Assembly: GCA_050575255.1 (NCBI GenBank)
Contig: JBNZDD010013625.1
Location: forward strand, 2,909,362-2,973,361
Direction of reading: 5' to 3'
Source of the DNA: Harriotta raleighana
Lineage: Eukaryota
DNA: 64,000 nucleotides
Below, piece by piece: positions 1-12,510 of the stretch. The notes beneath the pieces were generated by a model, which worked only from the letters and a program-made list of their open reading frames with translations, searched no databases and was not told where the DNA came from. Within the stretch, counting starts at the first letter, position 1. Every line of letters starts with the position of its first letter. Both the position numbers and the translations under genes were made by a program.

Positions 1-2400
1 CACACCCATCCTCCACCTCTCTAGCTTTGCTCCTATTCACATCACTCCTAAAGACTTTCCTCTGCAACTGTGCATATGGTCAGAAGAGAGTTTCTTCTGG
101 TGTCTTGGCCAACAATCCCCCCAAAGAAAATTGGATCATTCATTTCCTGACTCTTTGTGGGACGTTGCTTTGTGGGACATTGCTGCTGCTGGCTTTGCCT
201 ACAAATACACATTCACTTAATTTCACAGGAAATCCTATGAAGCAGTTTGAGACATCCTTCCAATGTGGTAAGGATTATTATTATTACCTTCCTGTGTCAG
301 TTCACAGTTAGTCCACAAGGGTAAATCACATTCCTCATAAACCCACACATTGCACATTCACAACTCGATTGTTTTGTGTGACTAACTCTATCCTAAATTC
401 ACTTCAGGATGAGAGCCACAGTGGATAGTTGCCATGAGGATATGAAGAATTCTACTGTACTTGAGGCTTGTATTATGTCTCCTTAACATGAGAGAGACAG
501 TGAACAGGAACCTTTAGCTATATCATGGAATCAAAGCAATTTACAACACAGAAGGAGGCTATCAAGCCCATCCAATCTGCACTAGCTCTCAAAGCAAGCA
601 AACTGTCTTTTCAATCACTGTCTTGCCCAGACGCACTGCCCCTTCAGGTCTCTACCTTCCATATGACCTGTTTACTCCCAATCTTAAAGTTCACAATGCA
701 CCTTACTTGGTAGGACACTCCATATCGCAACAACTTTTTGAGTAAAACAATTTGTAGTCCATCATATATTTTGATCTCTGCAAGGACAATCTTTTCATTG
801 CATCTTTAGAATGGAATCCAGGCTTTGTGGAAAGTAGAACCCTTATTGTTCCTTCTCCTTTGAGACGTCTAGAAGACGTGAAAAGCGCTATATCAAATAC
901 AAGGATTATTATTATTATTATCAAACAGTGTCACCGGATCTTTAATGTCCACCTGAACAGAGAGGCAGGACCTTGGTACAGTATAATGTATCATGAAAGG
1001 ACTGAATCCTGAACATGTGCGCCATTGCCTGCTGAGTTTCTCCCATAAAATGTAGTCAATTCACTTTACAGTATATTCAGTGAAGTGCTTTGAGATGTCT
1101 CATAGATGCGATAAGGGGCTATATTAAATGCAAGTATTATTTTAAGCCTGAGCTCTACATAGCCACAAACACTAGACATGAGGGCCTCATGTCTTACCTC
1201 ATTCAGCGCTCCAAGGCACGAAGCTGCCTGAAGGACACTATGTGAATTCAAGCCATCATTGTTGTTTGTGTAATGAGCTGTGAACAAGGTTAGGGAGGCT
1301 TACAGTTCACTTTCCTGTGTGTTTTTTTTCTAGTCAGATTTTGACAATCTCTTTCGAACTAGAGTTTTTTGTCTATACTTTCCAACAGCAAAAGAGAAAT
1401 GTTGTCTGTACTCCAGAGAGTTGGGTGTGACAGTTTGTTTTGGATGCAAATGACCATGTAGTTATAGATTTACTGTAACAGTGAATGGCAATGACACAGT
1501 GGGTTGAGCGATCGCGGAAGCAATGGCTAGCAGTCAGCTCAGCCGCTGTAGATTCTCTCATCTCTTCACCATGTCTTGTCTGACCGCTTTGCACAATTTA
1601 TCACTGCCTGACTGAAGTAGACGTGGACTCTCTGTGTGAAATGTCAATTGGAATGGACGAGGTAGCAGAGGACTGGAAATCAAAACAAATGTGTCTGTCC
1701 TCTGATTCTACAAGGCGATAAATCTCATTGCGACGATTGAAGCCGACTTTTGACACTGAACTTTCTGTAGAAAGGGTAGGGTTATCGCAAAGGTATAGCA
1801 CCTGACACCAGTCGCAGGTTCCAAAGCCTGGTCCATGCTGTGTTAGCTGATCTCATCCGGAACAGAGATTGTCTGAGTGCCCCTCTGTTATAGGGGAAGA
1901 TTTGCCAGGATTTCTGCTTCTGACTGCTGCCCTCAGATACTCTGCTGGAAGAAAATTGTGTTTTTGTGTGTGTGTATGTATATGGACAACCAGGGACAAC
2001 TGGATTAGATTAACTGTGATGGCCTAAGCAATGTGGAAAAGCTTGACAACACACACTGCCACTCAGTACCAAGGCTTGTTTAGGAATGACTTGGGGAGGT
2101 AGCAGATAGTGGAACAGCATCCTAGATGAAAAGACGGGAAGAATTCAAGTGTTTCTTTCAGGAGGGGAGGGAAAAACAGGCAAAGGGGAAAAAACGCAGA
2201 TCTTTATTCACATTGCTGCTATGAGCCAGAAATCCAAATGAGGATGTCAAGGCTAATTCACAATGTAATCTTAATATGATAGCTTTGAACGTTATTTCTA
2301 TGTGAATATTTCAATAGGAATGGGGGAGAGGAAAGAAAAACGACCAAGTCTAAATCCCTTGTTATAATACTTATTAATAATAAACCTTGCATTTGATATA

Positions 2401-2715
2401 GCTCCTGTAGCTCAGTGGTTAGAGCACTCCCCTTACAAGTGTGAGACCTGTGTTCGAATCCAGGCAAATCAGGACAAAACCTTTGGCAATTTTCCTTAAT
2501 CCACATGCCTAATAATAATCCATCCAAAAAAACACAATAATACAAATTGGTCATTTGCAATCCACGATTATTTATGGGACACTGCTGCGCGCAATTGGCT
2601 GCCGCGTTTCACCCACAAATATACAGGCCATTCACTTTACAGTATATTCTGTGAAGCGCTTTGAGACGTCGATAAGATGTGAAAAGCGCTATATCAAATG
2701 CAAGGATTATTATTA
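2401..2715 (+). mobile_element. tRNA-derived SINE, near full-length short form
   Basis: A box (TAGCTCAGTGG) and B box (GTTCGAATC) head; conserved core GCAATTGGCTGCCGCGTTTC; L2-type tail GAAAAGCGCTATATCAAATGCAAGG followed by (ATT)n; many copies in the window. Confidence 0.9.
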
Positions 2716-2893
2716 TAGCGCTTTTCTTCTAGATGTTACAAAGCGCTTCACAGAATATACTGTGTATACTAAAAATAATAACATGACACTACGTTCTGAA
2801 AATAATAAATGTGATGATTATCAGTTGAAATGTATGGACGATTGTGTTGGCTGCTTTCCTGTTGACTTTGTGGGCTTCTATTTTCCTCTGCAG

Positions 2894-3115
2894 ATGACGA
2901 CCTCTTCGGGGAGCTTCCTGAAATCTTCCCGTCCGACCCTCCCGAGCCCCTGCCCTATTTCCTGAACGAGCCTGAAGACGCGTACATTGTGAAGAACAAG
3001 CCAGTGAACCTGTACTGCAGAGCATCCCCAGCTACCCAGATCTACTTCAAGTGTAACAGCGAGTGGGTTCATCAGAAGGAGCATGTGACAGAAGAGCATA
3101 TCGATGAGACCTCTG
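2894..3115 (+). CDS. UNC5C: UNC5C exon 2 (N-terminal region and first half of Ig1)
   Basis: ttttcctctgcag|ATGAC...TCTG|gtggg; 222 nt, phase 1-1; reads (D)[74 protein letters not shown], recognisably UNC5C ([10 protein letters not shown] motif). Confidence 0.97.
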
Positions 3116-4204
3116 GTGGGTGGCAAATAATACACTAGCCTTTTATCATCGTTAACTCCTCTACTCTGTTCAACAAGGTTGCCTGGTGGTGTGGTGCACT
3201 GTTAGCCTTTCACTAATGGTGAAAGACTGCTGACTGAGAAATGTTCCCTAGACTAGTGAGAAGGGGGCAAATTAACAGGACGCTTCATTGTCGCGCAGAG
3301 AAAGAAAACTACAAAACCTGTCCCGGGAAATGATTGGAATGCGTCCGTAAGCCTATGGTTCTGGAGGTATGGGAGTGGGGGGTACAGGGATGGCAAGTAA
3401 TAATGGTGGGGGGAATATTACATGTTCAATGGAATATTGAAGATGAATCTGTTGTCATGTATTTTTAGTGAGTCTGAGGTCTTATAATAATCCTTGCATT
3501 TGATACTGCGCTTTTCACGTCCTGATACTTGAGGAAATCTATCACTACACTCACTCTGGTAATAAACAGGTTGAGATGATAATATGCAATCTCACAAAAG
3601 TGCCATTTTGTATCCAGCGATAAGAGTTAGTATATTAAACAGAAAACCACTGACTAGCTTCCCTTCCCTTTCATTGTTTGGACAATCAAATTCTGTGTCC
3701 ATCCATGTCTTCCCTCATTATCAATGTTGCATCGTGTTGACTTTCTGGTCTCCAATTTAGAAATGGCTGAGATTATTCATCCATTGAAAGCCTAACTTTT
3801 GTCTCCTGTAACCACAGAGATCACAGCTCACTGACCTGATGTAGTCAGAAATAATGCCAGTCATGTTGGGTGTCATCTGTGGTTAGAAGTAGATCTTCAT
3901 GATCAGAAAGAAACATGTGAGGTAGACTGTGAGTGTAATGTGGTCAACTGTGAATGAATAGCACAGAGTTTGGCAGAGCATTTTTAACCTTATATATTCG
4001 TGACATAAAAGGCGTGATACCACATTCAAGGATTATTATTATTATTAATGCTATTATTTACACCTCAATGAGGTGTTATACATCTTAGTGAAATGAAAAG
4101 AGATCTGAAGACATGGAATTGCTGAATATATCAGATTATATCAAAATATAAAAGAGACTCTTATTATATTGTTGATAGATCAGCATTAAGATTAGCAAAC
4201 CAAG

Positions 4205-4472
4205 GATAATAATAATAATATTAATCCTTGCATTTGATATAGCACTTCATGTCTTCTGGATGTTTCAAAACTCTTCACAGAATATACTGTAAAGTAAATT
4301 GACTGCATATTTGTGGGCGAAACACGGCAGCAAATTGCTCACAGCAGTGACCCATAAACAGTTGTGGATTGAAATGATTTTTTTTGAGGGATTATTAATG
4401 GGAAAGTGGGTAAGAAAACTTGCCCAAGGTTTCCGCCTGACCTGCCTGTATTCGAATACAGGTCTCACGCTT
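4205..4472 (-). mobile_element. tRNA-derived SINE copy, head truncated
   Basis: Reverse complement of the same core, tail and B box. Confidence 0.8.
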
Positions 4473-4506
4473 GCAGTTTGAATTCTTACAGTTTCACTGT
4501 TGCTGC

Positions 4507-5066
4507 CTTTTATTTTATTTTTATTTATTTATTTATTTATTGTATTTATATAGCGCCTTTCACGTCAGGAGGACGTCCCAAGGCGCTGCACAGTCAAGTG
4601 GGGGGAGGGGTCGGGGGAAGAAAAGCAGGAAAATACTGACTGTATATTTGTGGGCGAAACGCGGCAGCCAAATTGCGCACAGCATTGTCCCACAAACAGT
4701 CATGGAAGCGAGAGAGCCAGGGATGAAAGGGGGATAGAGGGCAAGGGGAGGGGTTGGGGCAGGAGGAAGAGAGAAGGAAAACCAGGTGTATATCCGAGGA
4801 GAAACGCGGCAGCCAAATGCGCACAGCAGTGTCCCCACAAACACACACGGAAATGGGGCCAGGGAAGAAAGGGGGAAAAAGGGACAAGGGGGGAGACGGA
4901 GGAAAACGCGGGTGGGGTAAAATCAGGGAGGAAAAAGGACGGAGAAAGGGCGGAGAAAGGAGGACAAGGGGGAAATCAAGGAGGACAAGGAGGGAGAAAT
5001 GGTGGCAAGGGGGAAGAGGGAGGGAAAGGTGGAGGGAGGGAAACCAAGGAGAAAGGGGGGCATGGC
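4507..5066 (-). mobile_element. Composite non-autonomous retroposon (two tandem Deu-like cores, pyrimidine-rich spacers, L2 tail), copy A
   Basis: Two core copies at ~4637-4706 and ~4787-4848, L2 tail at ~4545-4590, (TAAA)n end; near-identical to 40732-41160. Confidence 0.8.
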
Positions 5067-5078
5067 AATACAGGCAGT

Positions 5079-5397
5079 ATAATAATAATCCTTGCATTTG
5101 ATATAGCGCTTTTCACATCTTATCGACGTCCCAAAGCGCTTCACAGAATATACTGTCAAGTGAATTGACTGTATATTTGTGGGTGGAACGCGGCAGCCAA
5201 TTGCGCGCAGCAGCGTCCCACAAACAGTCATGGATTGAAATGACCAATTTTATTATTGTGGTTTTTTTTGGAGGGATTATTATTAGGCATGTGGAGTAAG
5301 GAAACTTGTCCAAGGTTTCGCCCTGATCTGCCTGGATTCGAACACAGGTCTCATGCTTGTAAGGCGAGTGCTCTAACCACTAAGCCACAGGAGCTCC
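5079..5397 (-). mobile_element. tRNA-derived SINE, full-length short form
   Basis: Complete head-core-tail on the minus strand. Confidence 0.9.
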
Positions 5398-6920
5398 ACA
5401 AGCATCTCCCAGCATCTATTGAGTGAGCCCCAATCTTGACCACTTTCAGTCATTAACTACATTCTCTCTTGTCACAAGTAGTTGCCGGTCTCTAATTGCT
5501 TTTCAGGACTAAATCTATACCTGTCCAAGAAAACCATTTGCAGCACAAATAGTGGTAGTTAAAGGGCACAGTTATGTTAATCAGAGGTCAATTAGTTCAA
5601 CATGTTTATTTGTATTGGCTGGATAATGTTTTGGAATTTCATCCCCCACTGGAGGGGATTCAGTTAAAATAAACAAAGAAGAAATAAGAAGCTTCCTTTT
5701 TAGTTGTTGTTTACTTTCTCCCCTTCTGGATCAGAACCCAGTGGAGGGGAGGTGGAGGTTAGAGAGGGTGGGGCTAGAGGAAGGGGTTAGATAGGGGCTA
5801 GAGAGAGTGATATACCAGATTAATATCAATTAAAAAAGCACAATAATAAAATTGGTCATTTAAATCCATGACTGTTGTGGAACAATACTGTGCGCGATTG
5901 GCTGCAGCGTTTCGCCCACAAATATACAGTCAATTCAATTTACAGTACATTCTATGAAACGCTTTGAGACATCTAGAAGACGCAAGGATTATTATTGGTA
6001 TTATTGTACCATCACCTGATGTAAATGCTAGTAGCAGGTGTCAATGGACAGCCCTATTTTGCTCCTTACTAATTTAAGGCTTTGAGACGAAATCTAAACT
6101 AACTCTGCACAGAGTGGGGATCAAATCCAAGGCCTTCCACATCCATATGGCTGAATAAACTCAGTGAGTCAAATAAGGAATGCTTAATCAGTCCTCCACC
6201 TAACCGTGAAGTGTTGGCACAGTGAAGACACTGAATATAAAGTAGAGTATAAAACTAAGTATTATTCTCCTGCCAAGCTATATTTTACTTTAATGAGCAC
6301 CAGAATGGAGCAGCTTTACAGTGGTAGGGAACCTCGAGTATTATTACAAAAGGATACGTACAATCTGTTCAAATGGCACGGTTAAACATCGCTCATTTTG
6401 CAGTTAAGATATTTGGGGATTTTCAGTCTCTATTCTCTGGTTTGCATGTCTCAGAGAATTTCCTCAATTACTTCAACCCCAATGTATTCCAATTCCCGTC
6501 TTTCCACCAACTCGTATCCATCGCACATCTTCTCCCACCGCTATCGGCGGCGGAGCTTTCAAGCTCCTGTGTTTCGTCACCTTTTGAACTTTCTCTCAAA
6601 ATCCTCCTCTCTCACCCACACACTTCGTGTTTCAAAATCCTTCCCCAAACCTAGCTCTCACCTACCATCAATTACCTCTCTCTTGCGTTCCATACTACCC
6701 ACTTTGCCTGGGTTTTCACAGGATCCTTGTGAAGTGCATCAAGATACTATCCTCTGTCTCCACAATACAATACAATGCAAATTACTTTTGTATAGCAAGC
6801 TCGCAAAGTACAGGTTGTTGCATTGTAGACAGGAGACACTTAATCATCGGCTGACCAAGATATGTGGCAATGTCAAGCTTTGTCAGGTTCTGTTAGTGGG
6901 TAATGTGGGATTGGGGTTGT

Positions 6921-7237
6921 GGAGCCCTGTACCTCAGTGGTTAGAGCACTCGCCTTACAAGTGAGACCTGTATTTGAATCCAGGCAGATCAGGACGAAAC
7001 CTCGGGCAAGTTGCCTTACTCCACACGCCTGATAATAATTTGTCCCCAAAAAAACACAATAATAAAAATAGGTCATTTTCAATCCACGACTGTATGTGGG
7101 ACACTTGCTGTGCACAATTGTTTCGCCCACAAATATACAATCAATTCACTTTACAGTATATTCTGTGAAGTGCTTTGAGACGTCGGTAAGCTGTGAAAAG
7201 CGCTATATCAAATGCAAGGATTGGTATTACTATTATT
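6921..7237 (+). mobile_element. tRNA-derived SINE, full-length short form
   Basis: GGAGCCCTGTACCTCAGTGGTTAGAGC head through the AAATGCAAGG-(ATT)-like tail. Confidence 0.9.
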
Positions 7238-7829
7238 GTAGGGAAGTTTACAGAGAACAGCCAGCAGCCCACAGTGCCAAGCTCCTTGAGACATGTTCCT
7301 GGGGTGAAAGGCACAAAGTAAATTGTGTTGTGTAGGAAGGTGCTTGTGCTTGAGGATCATGAAATCATTCTGTTGACAGCCACAACCGCTGATTAGTTCC
7401 ACGTTTCGTAAAAAAGCTCCCGAGAGATAGCTCCAGTGTCTTTTGCACTTTCACTCACTGCCTGGCTGAGATCTGGAGCTTACAAAGTGAGATCTATCAG
7501 GAGTGAGCTTGCATCCTACTATAATACGCTTGCAACCAGACTCATGCTGCCAGGCACCAGTTAGAGATCTACAGCCACATGTCTGTCTGACACACGGAAA
7601 CCCACCACCATAGTTAAGAGTATCCAAACCAGCTGAGAGCTTCATATATGAATGCCCCCCACTTACACAGGGAACTTTCCCCACATCTAGAATGGAATGC
7701 ATACCCTCTCCCTGGATGATCGCACCCTGTTTCCAACAACAACAACATAATTACATTTGTATTTTGCCTTTCCTGTCGGGAGGACGTCCCACATTCTGGA
7801 ATGTGTTGGGCCCAAGTTGGAAACCGTCA

Positions 7830-8885
7830 AGACTTGACCATCTCACCAGTTCTGGCCGAGGCTCACTGGCTCCCCATCAACGAACGGATCGACTTCAAGA
7901 TTCACACACTCGTGGTGAAATCCACTCACTCCCTGGCACCTCCCTATCTGTCTAACCTCCTCCCTCAACAGTCCACCATCCAGCACCTCCGCTCGACTGG
8001 CCTCTGCTTGTCCCTTGCATCCTCTGCCCTTGTCCGCACATTCGTCACATCAAGGCTCGACTATGGAAACTCCCTCCTCGTCGGCCTTTCTGGTTCTTCC
8101 CTTCACAAGATGCAGATCATCCAGAACTCTGCAGCTCGTGTCCTCACCTGCACCAGGCTCCCCGACCACATCACTCCCACTCTTGCTCGGCTCCATTGGC
8201 TCCCCATTCCCCCAGAGGATCAAATTCAATAGTCTCATCTTCAAGGCTGTTCACGGCCTTGCCCCCCACTCTCTCCGACCTGCTGTCCCCTTATGAACCA
8301 CCTCTCCCCTCCGTTAACAGGGCTCCGGCCTGCTCCATGTCTCCCACCTGACCCACCCTACCATTGGTGGACGGGCTTTCAGCCTCTCTTCCCCTACAAA
8401 CTGGAACTCCATCCCTCAATCCCTTTGCTTCGCTACCTTCCTCGCCTCCTTCAAGGCCAGTATCAAGATCCTCCTCTTCGATCGTGCCTTCTGCTGCCCT
8501 CCCAACTCTTTCCCTCCCCTCCTAACTCTCTCGCGCCCCTCCCCTGCTACCCTGCCCCTCTCCCTTGCTCAGGCGCTGACCTGACTGTTCAGTGCCTTGG
8601 GACGTACTCCCAACGTGAAAGGCGCTCTAAATGTAATTTTGTTGTTGTTGCCCCATCATTGAAGGTCATGCTTTCAGCCACTACGGCCCCAAATTCTGGA
8701 ACACTCTCCCTCAATCCCTCCACTTTGCCTCCTTTCTCCCCCTTTTCAAGTTCCGTCTGAAAACCTTCCTCTTCGACCGTGCTTACGATCACCTCCCCCA
8801 GCTCGGAGTCAGGCTCCGCCACTGTAAAACGCGATGAAATGCTGCCCTGCATGGAGGGCATTATATAACTGCAAGTTGTTGTGGT
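7830..8885 (+). mobile_element. Cluster of L2-clade LINE 3' fragments
   Basis: Translates to FVTSRLDYGNSLLVGL...QNSAARVLT...HITPTLARLHWLP (L2 ORF2 C-terminal region); 3' UTR ends GAAAGGCGCTCTAAATGTAATTTT(GTT)n near 8650; frameshifted. Confidence 0.85.
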
Positions 8886-10529
8886 TATCTCAGAGTGTGT
8901 TGGAGAAGTTGGAGTTTAACTGGCTGAAACCATACAGCTTGCAGAATAACCACTGCAGCTTGTCAAGCTAGGACCAATCTACTTTTGAAGGATTTGGTTT
9001 GCAGGTTTAACAGGAGCTGAGTGAGAATTATCCCTGCTCCCAGTGTTTGACCTGCCTTCCAACTCCTGCCAATGAGCCAGGCTGCCTGGGCTGTCGCTGG
9101 CCACACCTAAAACAGTGAGATTTAACAAGTAGCTCTACGTCAAACTTTTTTTAATGATATTTCCTATTAAAAGGACAGAAAACAAGTGGGTTGCTGCCTT
9201 TGGTAATCAGCATAATATAAGACCCGATGTCTCAGCTCTACCCTCAGATTGTCAAATAAATAGTTCTATCAATGTCGTTTGTTTTGTTGTAATTCTTCCG
9301 CCACCACCATCTGCCCTGTAAAATAAACTACTGTCATTTGGTATCTAGCTAGTTGAAGTGTTTTGATTAGTCTACAATGGTTGGATTATTGCGAATAAGA
9401 AGCAAAAACAACATTAACAAGTTATTATTCAGTGTGCTAGCTGTAACTAGTCAGCTTGTTTTGTACAAAAACTTGTACATCTAACCCTGTAGAACCACAT
9501 CTTTCCATTTCCTTTATGACGCTTCATCAAATTTGTATGCAGAATAATTGTATTTGCGCTTGGAATTATATGAATCAGAACTACTTTAAAAGCACCATTT
9601 CATCCATTAACATTTGTTGCTAGACTCCGAGATGTAATTCCTACTATTATGTACATTAATCTGATTAGGAAGAATGTTGTGTCGCTAAATTTGATGTGTC
9701 TAGGAAACCAAATATTGCATAACTGTATGAATACAAAACAGAATGCAACTGGCTTGTATAGCCCTCATAGCTTTGTATGTGTGTGTTTGTGTGTGTTCGT
9801 GCATCTGAAACTTTATATGTGTCAGTCAACCTCTATGTTACATTCGTAAAGGGTATTGTATATGCCTTCTAACTAGAAAGCCAACACAACTGACTGATTG
9901 GTCTCCTTATGTAGGATATCTGACTATTTAGGCAGAAGTGTAAACAATAACAACAACAAAATTACATTTGTAAACTGTTGATTAGATAGTGCTGCTCTTT
10001 TGTGCATTTATCCAATAATGTTTAAAGGTGCCTTATCATGTGGTTAACAAAATAAAGGATAATTTATCATTTAAATGCGTCCAAACTCTCAGCTACATAT
10101 TGTTATGAAGGGAGAAAGGGCTTTAGGAGGCAGAGGGTGTTGCAGTATAACAAACAGGAAATTGATATCAAACAGATCTGGAGAGGAATTTCTGCATTGT
10201 AATTCAAAGAAAAAAACCACGATTAATATGTAAAGAGAAACCATAAGAATTTTATGACAGTTGGTAGTCATACACGAATAAATAGGAAGATTGAGCGTAT
10301 TCAAAGAGAACATAGAAAATCAGTTTACCACATTTGACCAACCTTGATTTGTTGTAGCTTTAATGTTTGCCTGGCTCAGTCAATGTATTCTCTCTTAGGG
10401 GCTCAGAAGATTATAGATTCCATCCCTCAGACCCGTTATCTGACCCTCAAATAGATGCTAAAGTTTGGAGACGACAACGGAGTTTCTCCCAGTTTCCTGG
10501 CCAACAAGTAGGGAAGGAGGTTGACCGAA

Positions 10530-10915
10530 GACACATTCGAAGAGCAGGGTCTTGAGACAGGTCATGAAGGAGGCAAAAGAGGGGACAAGGTGGAGGGACT
10601 GTGGGATAGTTTCAGAGTGGCAGAAGGCATGCCCGCTAACAGTGGAGCGGGCGAGGCAGGGGATGTGAAGCAGGCCAGAGCCTGTTGAGTGGAGGGAGCA
10701 GGCAGATTGGTAGGGAGTTACGAGGTCTCAGAAGTAGGAGAAAGTAAGGCCATGAAGGGCTTTGAAGGTGAGGACCAGGATCTTGAACTGTTACCCTGTG
10801 TCACTGTGTGATTGGAAGCCAGTGGAGACGGAAAAGGATAATAATAATATTATGGAGGTGATAGGGTTGCGGAGCCTGGTGTGGGAGAGGACACGGGCTG
10901 CAGAGTTCTGGATGA
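10530..10915 (-). mobile_element. L2 LINE 3' fragment
   Basis: Reverse complement of the L2 ORF2 C-terminal region (CCAGAACTCTGCAGCCCGTGTCCTC). Confidence 0.7.
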
Positions 10916-11329
10916 GTGACAGTATTCATAGATCATTGGGATTCATATGTGACCTCCAAATCTTTTCAAAGCAGCTGAATTTTGTATGAGGGTTAAGCTG
11001 GGGACAGGATGCATTAGAAGCTGCCAGAGTCCCAGATCACTGAAGGAACCATGTAAATTCTTTGAACCATAAATGAGAGGCTGACAGATCTATTTTAGAA
11101 GAGGACTTGGAACAATTAGAACATGAATGTGAGTTGTCTGCTTTATTTCTCAGTTCAATTTAGTACAAGGTAACAACCGAACCAAACACCCACTTTTCAT
11201 CAAGGATGAAAGGGAATGCTAATCGCAAACACAGGGAAGCATAACCCTAAATACGATCTCTTATTTTCCCAAAGCATGTGGCAAGGGAGATGCATAACTT
11301 CTGTCCTTATTTAGCAAAGTAACTCAAAA

Positions 11330-11600
11330 ATAACAACAACAACTTTGGTTTATATAGCGCCCACCATGCCAGACGGCGTCTCAGAGCACTTCACAATAAT
11401 GGATCCTGGGGGCGAGCCAGGGGCAAGGGGAGAAAGGTGACCGAAGGCGTGGTCGAAGAGAAAGGTCTTCAGTTGAGACCTGAAGCTGGGACGAGAGGGA
11501 GCGAGGTGAAGGGAGTGAGGAAGGGAATTCCAGAGCCTCGGGGCATAGTGGCTGAAGGCACGGCCGCCGATGGTGGAGCGGAGGATTCAGGGCACAAGGA
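11330..11600 (-). mobile_element. L2 LINE 3' end (second tail type)
   Basis: (AAC)n tail and TATATAGCGCC...AGACGGCGTCTCAGAGC; matches the end of 41880-42382. Confidence 0.75.
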
Positions 11601-11764
11601 GGTAGCTGCCGTTAGGCAGTAACATTAGGTTGCAGTGTAGAATTTGTTTTGCTCCTAGTAATTCAGTAGTGCAGGATTACAGTACTCAATTTAATATGTG
11701 TTTCTTTCTTTCTAATATTCCTCCCCTCCTCTGAAAACCTACCAAGTAGTACTTTGAGCAGGGA

Positions 11765-11810
11765 ACCCCTCTGGTACCTTGCCCAAGTACCCCTCTGGTA
11801 TCTTGCCCAA
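11765..11810. repeat. 24-nt period tandem duplication
   Basis: ACCCCTCTGGTACCTTGCCCAA repeated with one mismatch. Confidence 0.85.
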
Positions 11811-12159
11811 CAACAGCAAAGGCTTGTATTTATACAGTAAGAGAGGGTGTAACACTTGGTGTAACATAACAGATGCTTCATAGAGAGCGGATCAGACACA
11901 GTGGGTCAAGTGAGGAGGGAGGTCACCGCAGATGCAGTATACTGTTTAGTTTTTAGGTTAGATTCACACAGAGAGGAGTGAGATGGCAGGATAGAGGAAG
12001 TCATTCCCAGATCTTACTAGTTACACTATTTCTGATTCATCGAGTGTGTATCTGGATAGTGAGAATCAGTAGGCCATGTACTCATAGACAGGCACCACAG
12101 TAATATCTGATTCTGTCCTAACCAGTATCATTCCAGAGCCTTTATCGGTGGTTGTCATT

Positions 12160-12510
12160 ACAACAACAGAATTACATTTGTATAGTGCCTTTGATGCCTT
12201 TTGCAGGAGGATGTCCCAAGGTGCTGGACAGTAGGTGTTTCAGACCCGAGCTGGGGGTCAGGATTAGTGAGGATGGAGGGCAGTTGGGGGAAGGAGGGTG
12301 ACCAAAGGCACGATTGAAGAGGAGAGTCTTGAGACCGTTCTTGAAGAAGGCAAAAGAGGGGGCGGAGGCTGAGGGACTTTAGAATGGAGTTCCAGAAGGC
12401 GAGTGGCAGAAAATCCGCCCGGGTGGACAAGGCGGGGGACGTGAAGCAGGCCAGAGCCCGCTGTGTGGAAGGAGTGAGCAGATAGGTACAAAGTTAGAAG
12501 GTGGCAGAGT
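12160..12510 (-). mobile_element. L2 LINE 3' fragment with tail
   Basis: (CAA)n plus reverse-complement L2 tail and ORF2 end. Confidence 0.75.

Noticed and set aside
2401-2470. tRNA gene (Val/Thr-like cloverleaf start)
   Set aside because: No proper acceptor stem or terminator; it continues into the SINE body and recurs, diverged, in many copies.
4594-5168. Long ORFs on both strands (167 and 172 aa)
   Set aside because: Low-complexity translations of the purine/pyrimidine spacers of the composite retroposon.
6398-6964. 188-aa ORF
   Set aside because: No recognisable domain; overlaps decayed L2-like sequence and a SINE head.
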